A stretch of 64,000 bases of DNA from NCBI GenBank assembly GCA_002104905.1, contig MCFE01000283.1, forward strand, positions 1 to 64,000, read 5' to 3'. The notes below the pieces were generated by a model, which saw nothing but the letters and a program-made list of their open reading frames with translations, ran no database searches and was not told the origin of the DNA. This document shows positions 10,001 to 20,679 of the stretch, one piece after another. Each line of letters opens with the position of its first letter. Position 1 is the first letter of the stretch. The translations under genes and the position numbers were made by a program. The stretch comes from Basidiobolus meristosporus CBS 931.73. Lineage: Eukaryota > Fungi > Basidiobolomycota.

Positions 10001-11937
10001 GATTAGTAGGCTAGGGCCATTTCACATCAGCAATCTGGGAGCAAACTGAGCCATTTCACAAGCTGTATATACACAGAAATGCAATCAGGCAAAACAAATG
10101 CTAGACCTGTCCTAAGATCTTGGTAGGACACTCCTGGAGGACTGGACAAGCAAGTCATCACTGGAAAGGGGTGAATCTGTATTTTTTACTACACAGCTGA
10201 GCTTCAAGACCCACTGCCTGGAGTGAAATTTCATGTTGAGGGATGGGTTGATAGTGCCTTCCAGCATATATTGGCTACCTTGATGATGTTGGAGGCAAAG
10301 TCCACACTTGGACTGTCCAGAAAGCTTGGTAACTTGTTAAAGCACTTTACCAATGGACCTGTGATCTGATTGATATAGAGGTAACAACTATTCTAATACT
10401 CAAAGTGGCCAAGAAAGATCCACCCATGTGGCACAAAGCTTTGGCCTCTATCTCATTTAAGAGCTTATAATATGAGTGATTGGATGGTCAAAATTGCTCT
10501 GCTGATTGCCCCCTTATACCTCTGCTCATTCAATTTAGTGTGCTTTGCTTCTGACAACTAAGTCAATTACACCCACCAAACTGCTTTTCATTGAATGAAG
10601 CAATACCCAAGGAAGAAAACAAAACTCTCTAGTAAACACAGGCAAAATAGCTTCTCTTTACTGTGGCATACAATGCATTTTGATATACCATCAATGGTTT
10701 AGGTTCAAAAATATACACTCAGATATTAGTAGTGCATCATTATACCTCACTGAAGCACTCACCAGTATGTCTGTGCTTATAGCTCCTAGTTGGTGTCTTA
10801 CTTCTGACATGGATCTCCATTGTCTTGCTCAAAATGCTACTTTTTTCCAAGAAAGCATTTCTCCAAGTGTGTGTTCTCCTCATCAAATCCATTATAAACA
10901 ATAATAATTTTAGAACACATTTGAATTGTAGAGATATATGCTGTTTACTGTCAGTTGTCAGTTGACCACCCAATGCTACTTTTATGGGCTTCAGTATCCA
11001 GCCAGATAAAGCAATTCATTGCCAACATCAACTGCAAATTCCAAGTGTACTACTAATATGGAATCCTGTGGTATATATAGATGATCTTCTGTCTTACATA
11101 ACTTCAAGGGACAGTTGATGCTGAAACACCCAAGAATCTCTATTAAGAGCCTTTTAACATAATGAAGCTTAAAATTAGCACTCTGCATGTTTGACTTCTG
11201 GGTAAATGAATCTTTGATATCAGAGTAGTATATTGTATAGCATATAGATATTGCCCAAAGTAGTTTTGCAGTGAAATATATTGAAAACCAGTAAGTTTAC
11301 AAAGATATACATGAGTCGCAATATGCTCACTACATAAGGCAAACAACCCCAAGGCTTGTACAGTAACAGCATTAATTAAGCAAACTCTCATATAATTCTA
11401 AGCTTGCAACTATTGGTATCTTGGGCTCTAGCTGTTGGATGGTCAGCTAGGCATATCTTCCAAGAGAAGTCTTGGCTTTGAGGCAAGTATATAAGTATGC
11501 CAACAAGATGACACCTACTTTTGTAATGACAAAAAGTTAGCATCTGAAAAGAAAATACTGTCCAAATTCATGCAGATAATACAATAAGTATGACCCTTGT
11601 GAATACTTATAATTCTTTTATCTAAAATGAAGTCTTTTTTGCCCATGTTTGGACAGCAGCTATTAGTCATTTAGTTCCCTTAAAGCGGTAGATCAGAACA
11701 CCTTGAACTCCTTTGAGATATTCAATCATCTTGACTTGGATATGGGTCCAAATCAGCCTATTTGACTATGACCACATCGACACAAAATGCCATGGGAGCT
11801 CAATGCAATAAGCACACAGCTAGAGTGCAATAGACTTTCAATGTGGAGACAATTTGCTAATCAATGAGCCTGTAAACTTGTGCATAATATGAATTGTAAA
11901 ATACCCTAATAAAAAATGTAGTTGAACAACATGTTTT

Positions 11938-12250
11938 GTTGGATAGTGCCACAGTGTGCCAGAGAGGCCAACTAAACATATACCTGGCCATATGGTGCAA
12001 AACATAGCTCTGCAGCTTCACGCAAAGTAGCCTCTGTGTTTCACCCACTGCACTGGAAAAAATCCACTTTCTTATCCTTTTTTGGCATGAATCTTGTGCA
12101 TCATTTATCAGAGTAAAGAAGAACTGAAGAGACAAATTTTGTGCTCAATACCCATGGCACTTAGGCTTTAGCTGCAGTTGTTTGTACTTGTCTCAAAGAT
12201 GCATGGCACTATATTGATCCACTTGTACCATCTGGCACTGTAAAGGCATT
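11938..12250. repeat. Dispersed ~320-bp repeat, copy A (homologous to 17445-17790)
   Basis: Shared GCAAAG(T/C)AGCCTCTGTGTTTCACCCACT..ACTGGAAAAAATCCA core and flanking GTGCCA/TGGCAC motifs. Confidence 0.75.
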
Positions 12251-13962
12251 GTATAGGTTTTATTTTAGGGCTAATATCTAAGTGTAGTGCCAGATATTCA
12301 TCCTTTGCAGTTGACAGCATTATCAACTTCAATTGTGTTATTATATTTTGTAGTATTCTTGCTCTTTTATAGATGCCACAATAAAATATTGTCTTCAAAT
12401 ATTGCATGGCTTAATGGCACCCCTGCTGCCACCTTAAGCTTGTGCTATGGTAAAGTACTTGTAACAATCCTGCCAATAGGCCATTACAAAACTTATGTCC
12501 AATTGCTCAGCCCTAAGAAAAAGAACTAAGAAAAGGCCAGCAAAATGCCATTACAATATTAGCTGAATTTCAATTTCATCAAAATTGACAACACTCAATA
12601 TCTCTATTGTTGGCTGATGGGCAGGCAAGCAAACAAATTTTCCCAGAGGAGACTAGACAAGCTACTTTCAATACCAATTTTGGTAATTAGCTGCCCATTA
12701 CTTCCATCCCAAATTGCATTTGAAATTTTGAACCAAGAACACCAGCTGAATACCAGCATAATACCATTAGAATACCAGCTGAATACCAGCAGAAAATCAG
12801 AAGAACTCCTAGTTTGGGATTCTTCCTAGGGTAGGGGTACAGATGCCTTTAGGATTCCTTGCAAAATGTTTTAGAAAAGATTGCACCACAGATTTCACAA
12901 AAACTGCAACAACATTTCTCATCACACTAACCCCTAAGTTGCCATTGATGTGTTCTCTGCCCACACTCTCACTTTTGGACCTGGAACACTCATTCATCTC
13001 CTATGTTGGCTTATATTGATTGCTATTGCCACTTCTTCCCACTGCCTTCTCCCTGTCTCAATAAGTGCTCTAACTTTTCATACCTGTGATGTCAGTTATT
13101 ACTATTGCATCATCAGTAATAACTTCAGTTCCTATTATGCAAGGTCTAGCATTCTACATGCCTTTCTTTGAAATATATTCTTACAATATTTGGGGTACTT
13201 TCTTGAGCTCTGCACTATTAGAGGTGCAGCACCATTGTGCTGTGCCTATGAATGCTCCAAGATTTCAGTTTAGGTGTTGTAATAGTTCCATGATTTCCTG
13301 ACATTGTTGCTTGACCTGTCTGTAAGATTTCCACACTGTCAACACTGAAAGATAACAAGACTGTGATAGACATGTTACCTTTCTCTTCAAACTCACCAAC
13401 CTGTTGTACTGTTAGTAAACCTCACTGGCAGCTATGGCTTTGGACTGTTCTGAGTTGACAGTGCTAATTGGTGAGTGCTGCAGCTTTTTTCTTATTCTTT
13501 GCCATCTATGGCTTTTGTAGACTTTTTTCCTTCCCTTAAATAATGCCAAATCATTAACAGCCACCTTGACCTGGTGGCTCTGATGTTGTGCTGTGTTTTT
13601 CCATGATAAATGCTACACTAGTGCTTTGGTTTTTACCTGCTTGTCCTTTAACAGCTCATTTCTAGCTACCTGACATCTGTAAGTAACTTCTTCAGGGCTC
13701 TTGTTCCTGCTTAATACAGAAACTGATGGAAGCCCCTGGGTTGAGCTTTGGCTACCTGTTAGTTTCTTGGTACCTGTTTACAGCTATCAGCCCTGCTTGT
13801 GACATGCTGTTTGGCAAGACTTTGGCTTTTAGCTTTTGAGCCCTTATATATCACCCTTTGGTAGCATCTAAGATTGTTGAGATATTCACTTGGCACTACT
13901 ACACTGGCCCAAGCTCTGCTTGCATATAAGTATTTGGTACAGTTCTTGTGGAAAAGTTCAAG

Positions 13963-14995
13963 AGTTGTATCCAAGAGCAAAGTGTAATTGAATTCTGGAA
14001 TAGTTTAACTGAGCCAAAGGGTAAATTAAGTGCAGAATCTGGAATTGTCTAAGAGTGGCAGAAATTTTAGCTGAAATATTCAGTGCTGATATTGATCATG
14101 GATAAAGTCAGTAGTGGCTATAAACAAAACAGAGCTGTTTTGTTATGCAAGCCAGGCTTGGTGCTCTAGGGAGTGCAAGATAAGTCAGGCTTGGATAGAA
14201 ATCAGAATGGAGTTGCTCAATTTTTATTTTTGCTCAGAAACACACAGCACCAAAATGTTGTAAAAATTTGTAATTACACCTAAATATTCACCTAACTTAG
14301 TCACTTAGATCATTACCCTCAAATCCTAGAGAATACTGACCATATTCCTTGTCAGGATTTACTAAGAATATTTTCACCAAAATACCTGGTACCCAGAACA
14401 TGAAAATTCTCAAAGTTGTCCAAACAGCCCCAAACTTTGCACACATGTTCTTGGGACCTTCCTTAGCCTATTCTACGTGTTTATAATGCCAAGACTATGT
14501 AAAAGTATAAATATTACTTTTATATTCAATAAATCATTAAGTGAAAACCACATAATCTACTTGTTCTCCCAATTACTTCCAATATCTCCAGGACTCTTAC
14601 AACACAAAAGACCCAGTTAGCTTTATTCATACTTTCTTGATCAGGCTGAATCAGTCAGTGCCAAGAGACTCAATTAATTAAGATCAGTTTGTGTGCAAAT
14701 AGTTGCATAAGATCAATAAAAACTGCATCATCAGCAGGCTGATGTGTTGGAAATCACTCAGTGGTTAATAGATATCTGATGACTAACCACTAGGAATGAC
14801 TTGACAGAGTAGTTGATGAAGTAGTGATTGCATGGGAATTGATCATGTGTGAAAGCTTCATATTGATAGAATCTGAGATGGGGTAAAGTAAACCATAACT
14901 GGGATTAGCTATGTATGGGTTAGCAAAAGTCAGTTATGATACCAGATTTTGTAACAGAGTAAAATTAGCCAAGTATTGAGCATTGACGCACAACA
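13963..14995 (-). mobile_element. 3' LTR of a gypsy relic, interrupted by a nested solo LTR
   Basis: Colinear with solo LTR 44762-45450; on the minus strand it starts TGTTG directly after a polypurine tract GGGAAGGAAGTGG (14996-15008). Confidence 0.8.
14256..14604. mobile_element. 349-bp solo LTR nested in another LTR
   Basis: TGTTGTAA...TTACAACA termini, 5-bp TSD CAAAA (14251-14255, 14605-14609), absent from the homologous LTR at 44762. Confidence 0.85.
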
Positions 14996-16700
14996 CCACT
15001 TCCTTCCCAAAGTGCAGCTTTAAGTGGCCTTCCAGCTTTCTTTGCTGCTCCCATACAGATCAATAAAGCCATCATTGTCAAAGTTGGTGCAAGGTTCCTG
15101 CAAATTGTGTTTGTCATCATAACCTTCCACTTGACTAAATAAAGACAGTTTGGTTCTTTGCCATCATAGTCCACAATAGCTTCAACTTCATAGGATTTCT
15201 AAGCTACCAGGTCTTGAGAAATAAGTTCAAGTAAAGAGGGTGGAAAGTTCTTGGGCAGCAGAGCTCAATTGTTTTCTTGAAGCACATAAGATCATTCAGG
15301 AGCATATCTGACAACCATGAATGGGCCTTCATATTTGGGGTTAAGCTTGGATTGTTAGGCTGGATCTAGTGTCATAATATATGACACACCATGAAAACTA
15401 CAGGTCAGTTGTGTTGAGGCAAATGTTGAAGTCATCTTTATTGGGAGCCTTTACATCTGGCACTGATAGCAGTGTAGACTTTGTGGGCAAGGTACTGAAG
15501 TTGGTTATTTAGCTTGTCTGACTGCACATTGGCTTAATCTGTATTTTGGTAGTTTCTAAAGAGCTTGAATCTTGTTTCAAGCATAAAAAAAGGCTGTTGA
15601 GCCATGTAGAGTAGCAACATTGGTGCTGATAGCATTCTGCACAGTAGGAATACACTTGTCCCTGCACAACCCTGATGATATTCACCAAGGTCTGGGCTTG
15701 TCTTTGCAAAGGTACATTAGCAGTGGAATGTGATGGTGTGATGAAATAGTGATTAATGCCTTTATTCTGGTAAAGAACTTTGCTCATGTGATTGAGAAGC
15801 TGACATTCTCTGCCAGACTTGTCAAATTCTTGGCAGTCAGCTTTGATATTCAGCCAGCAATATCCATCAGAGTGAAGCTTCATTGGCACGTCAGCTTGAA
15901 AGTAGCCAAGTAAATTACTCCTCTGTATCAACATTTTCTTTCATATGCAGGTGGGATTTTCAAGCTGCTAAATACACTGTGGCAGTTACTTTGGAAGCTG
16001 TAGCAAGCTTACTCCCTAGGTGAAGTGGAAAAAAGTCTTGAATGATGGTCAGACAGGAAGGTGAGAATTCCTGGGCAATGAATAGCTGTATACTAACAAT
16101 TCTGTATCAAGTTAGTTGGTAAGAACTGGACTCAGTCTTGAGGTTTGGATACACTGAAGGGCTGAATGCTCCATATGCAAGGTAAAATGGTTACCCCACA
16201 GATATAAATGCAGCTTCTTCAATGCAAAAACTACAGCATGTGGCTCCATCTTGGTGACAGAGTTGTTTCTCTCAGCAGGTTTCCAGAATATAACTTGGAC
16301 AGACATCCAGTGAGGCATATCTTGATCTTCAACTTGATTGAGGACAGCTCCTAGCCTATCATTTAGTGCTTCTGTAATGGCAACAAAGAGCTTAGTAAAG
16401 TCATGGTAGGATAAGGTGGGTTCTTATGGAACAGTTGGCAGAGCAACTCAAAGGCTTTGAGATGAGTTTTGTTCCCAGCTGAGGGGCAATCAGGGCTGAG
16501 GTATATTGCATTCAGAAGGGCACTCAACAAGGATATGAGTAGTATGTGTTTGAAACACTTTCATCTGACTAACTATATTGGGCAACCTATGGCTCTTGAG
16601 GGATTAGCACTTGCCTACTTGACTAACAGTGTGAGGAGGCCACATTGCTACCTTGAGTGAGCAAGCAATTGATATGGCTGTTTTGGATGTAGCCACAGTT
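14996..16700 (-). mobile_element. Ty3/gypsy pol relic (RNase H, integrase, chromodomain), 5' truncated
   Basis: RNase H-like AERNNSVTKMEPHAVVFALKKLHLYLWG (16112-16318), integrase-like GINHYFITPSHSTAN (15509-15934), chromodomain YEVEAIVD..LYLVKWK (~15110-15200); many stops and frameshifts. Confidence 0.8.
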
Positions 16701-17444
16701 ATTGCACTAAATGTCAAAGCAAGCTATTGCCCAACTATTCTTCTTGTGCTGTCTGTGGCAAGGTTTGGTTGTGAACCAGACAGCTTTGATTTATTTTCTG
16801 GTGGCACATATGTGTAAAATAGTCAAACAAAAGGGAAAATAGTTTTGCATAAATGTGTGTATGTGGTGCCACAACCTTATTTATAGTACTTAGTATAGAG
16901 GGTAATAATTGAATCTTACACTTATGAAGGTGTATTGTTGTCTTTAGAAGACTATCCTTAATACACCTGAATACTGACAAAAAAGTAAAATAATTGCGCA
17001 ACATTTCTGGGTGCCATGCTGATGCCCAATGGACAAGATCTCCTTTGATCAATGCTGTAACAGAAGAGAAAAGAACACTGTGCCTAATGTAATAAGCTTC
17101 TGAGCCATCAGGTATACATACATTATGAGAAATGAGAAGTGAGATAATGAGCACAGCCAGCAATATGCAGCACAAGTCATACTTAAGCATGCATGAGTCA
17201 CAACAGCAGAAATCATATCTTGCTGGCAACCTGGTACTTCTACAATGGCAACACACTATACTTATTATCTTGCGGAAACTGAACAGGTGAGCTTCTATTA
17301 CCTTTTTGCTCACTGTAGCCATCCACACTTGGCCTGTAGAGTGAAAGCTCTGAGGAAGATAGCTCAATGATGGGCTGTAAGCCTTTCTCTGCTCTGGGCA
17401 GTACCCAGCATGGGGCAGGCAAAATGCAATAGACTTGGTCCCCC

Positions 17445-17790
17445 AGATAGTGCCACATTGAGCCATCAATGCCAAAGAGTGCCATAGTTTGCCAGAGTGG
17501 CTAAGTAGACCTATACTTGGCCACAGAATGTAAAATATAGCTATACATCTTCATGCAAAGCAGCCTCTGTGTTTCACCCACTTTACTGGAAAAAATCCAT
17601 TTTTTGACCTTTTTTTTAAGATCAACTTTATACATGATGTGTAAGAGGGGAAGAGTACTGATTGGATGCACTTGATACTTGGTACCCATGGCACTTTGCA
17701 TCTAGCTCCAGAGATTGGTAACTTGTCACAAAATGCATGGTATTTTCCTGGTCCACTGGTACTATCTGGCACCATATTTAAAATTAGCCC
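17445..17790. repeat. Dispersed ~320-bp repeat, copy B
   Basis: Aligns with 11938-12250. Confidence 0.75.
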
Positions 17791-17799
17791 TGAAGTAAA

Positions 17800-18123
17800 A
17801 CCTATATAAATCTCTTATAATGCCAAATAGTACACTCTCTACTGTAGCCTGCTTGGTGTGTAGAGAGTATGGAACCTTGGTTCACCATTTGTGAGTCTTC
17901 TATGAAGTGGATTGGTAGAAATATAGGAGGAAAAGTGAACTACCAAGTGCTGCCATATCCAAATCTATCAAGAATATACATTCAAGCTGTTCATAGATGT
18001 GCTGAGCTGGCATATGAAGAATTGCCTGGAATAGACAGATAAAAGTGCAGGCACGCACATAGAGACACCAATGTCTTTAACATTAAGAAGTTAAGTGGCC
18101 ACAATGAATGGGTGATCAGTTGT
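17800..18123 (+). mobile_element. CACTA-like transposase fragment abutting satellite array 1
   Basis: FTICESSMKWIGRNIGGKVNYQVLPYPNL aligns with FTFWEFPMEWMCREIKGQVRLQTLPYPNL in ORF 47053-47580. Confidence 0.7.
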
Positions 18124-20139
18124 GCCAAGGTCATGGGTAAATTATCACCTGGGCCAAGGTCAAGGATAAACTATCACCTGGACCAAGGTCCTGGATAAAC
18201 TATCACCTGGGCCAAGGTCATGGGTAAATTATCACCTTGGCCAAGGTCATGGATAAATTATCACCTGGGCCAAGGTCATGGATAAATTATCACCTGGGCC
18301 AAGGTCGTGGATAAATTATCACCTTGGCCAAGGTCATGGATAAATTATCACCTTGGCCAGGGTCATGGATAAATTATCACCTGGGCCAAGGTCATGGATA
18401 AACTATCACCTGGGCCAAGGTCATTGGTAAATTATCACCTTGGCCAAGGTCTTGGATAAATTATCACCTTGGCCAGGGTCATGGATAAATTATCACCTGG
18501 GCCAAGGTCATGGATAAACAATCACCTGGGCCAAGGTCATGGGTAAATTATCACCTTGGCCAAGGACATGGATAAATTATCACCTTGGCCAAGGTCATGG
18601 ATAAATTATCACCTGGGCCAAGGTCATGGATAAATTATCACCTGGGCCAAGGTCATGGATAAACTATCACCTGGGCCAAGGTCATGGGTAAATTATCACC
18701 TTGGCCAAGGTCATGGATAAATTATCACCTGGGCCAAGGTCATGGATAAATTATCACCTGGGCCAAGGTTGTGGATAAATTATCACCTTGGCCAGGGTCA
18801 TGGATAAATTATCACCTGGGCCAAGGTCATGGATAAATTATCACCTGGGCCAAGGTCATGGATAAACTATCACCTGGGCCAAGGTCATGGGTAAATTATC
18901 ACCTGGGCCAAGGTCATGGATAAATTATCACCTGGGCCAAGGTCATGGATAAACTATCACCTGGGCCAAGGTCATGGGTAAATTATCACCTTGGCCAAGG
19001 TCATGGATAAATTATCACCTGGGCCAAGGTTGTGGATAAATTATCACCTTGGCCAGGGTCATGGATAAATTATCACCTGGGCCAAGGTCATGGGTAAATT
19101 ATCACCTGGGCCAAGGTCATGGATAAATTATCACCTTGGCCAGGGTCATGGATAAATTATCACCTGGGCCAAGGTCATGGATAAACTATCACCTGGGCCA
19201 AGGTCATGGGTAAATTATCACCTGGGCCAAGGTCATGGATAAATTACCACCTGGGCCAAGGTCATGGATAAACTATCACCTTGGCCAAGGTCATGGGTAA
19301 ACTATCACCTTGGCCAAGGTCATGGGTAAATTATCACCTTGGCCAAGGTCATGGATAAATTATCACCTGGGCCAAGGTCATGGGTAAATTATCACCTGGG
19401 CCAAGGTCATGGATAAATTATCACCTTGGCCAAGGTCATGGGTAAATTATCACCTGGGCCAAGGTCATGGATAAATTATCACCTTGGCCAGGGTCATGGA
19501 TAAACTATCACCTGGGCCAAGGTCATGGGTAAATTATCACCTGGGCCAAGGTCATGGATAAATTACCACCTGGGCCAAGGTCATGGATAAACTATCACCT
19601 TGGCCAAGGTCATGGGTAAACTATCACCTTGGCCAAGGTCATGGGTAAATTATCACCTTGGCCAAGGTCATGGATAAATTATCACCTGGGCCAAGGTCAT
19701 GGGTAAATTATCACCTGGGCCAAGGTCATGGATAAATTATCACCTGGGCCAAGGTCATGGATAAATTATCACCTTGGCCAGGGTCATGGATAAATTATCA
19801 CCTGGGCCAAGGTCATGGATAAATTATCACCTGGGCCAAGGTCATGGATAAACTATCACCTGGGCCAAGGTCATGGGTAAATTATCACCTGGGCCAAGGT
19901 CATGGATAAATTATCACCTGGGCCAAGGTCCTGGATAAACTATCACCTGGGCCCAGGTCATGAGTAAATTATCACCTGGGCCAAGGTCAAGGATAAACTA
20001 TCACCTGGGCCAAGGTCCTGGATAAACTATCACCTGGGCCAAGGTCATGGATAAATTATCACCTGGGCCAAGGTCATGGATAAACTATCACCTGGGCCAA
20101 GGTCATGGATAAATTATCACCTGGGCCAAGGTCATGGAT
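18124..20139. repeat. Satellite array 1, ~70 units of 29 bp (CCAAGGTCATGGATAAATTATCACCT(G/T)GG)
   Basis: Direct tandem repeat with no spacers; a few recurrent single-base variants. Confidence 0.98.
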
Positions 20140-20679
20140 GTATACAAAATCAGTGACTGAGCTTATTGCTACACTACCACTTCTGTAAACTGTAACCTAC
20201 TGACTGAAAAAAAATTTGTAATATCAATGTTGGAACCTTGAACTTTTTGTTATTATTCAGCAGCTAAAAATATACTTAACAGCTCTGTACTAGTCATGGT
20301 TACTATAGGACCAGTGTACAGCCCTATCGTTGCCTGTTTCTTCAGCTTTATGCTCCTTTAACTATTTCCGTATAGTCAAGAACAGATCATTACTTCTTAT
20401 CGAACATTATGTACTAACCCTGTAGCTGTTATAAAATGCTTATGAATGTTGAGAAACCCCCCTTACTTAGTGTTACACCCATGGTACTTCTATAAAGGTA
20501 TCAATACTGACCCTCTTCATGACCAAGCAACAGTCAACCATTATGACTATATCTTGATAAGTTCCTTATATCAGAATCACTTCTTAAATTGCAGCAGGGT
20601 ATCAGTACCAATTGCCTTGATGTATTCTAAAGATGACTTCTACTGGCAAAAAGAACAAAACAAACATCTCCCCTGGAAT

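Noticed and set aside
12400-13900. Possible LINE ORF1/endonuclease remnants
   Set aside because: No convincing motif could be read
18124-20139. Satellite as a repeat-protein coding region or as telomeric repeats
   Set aside because: Unit length is not a multiple of 3, stop codons recur in all frames on both strands, and it does not resemble a G-rich telomere motif or lie at a sequence end
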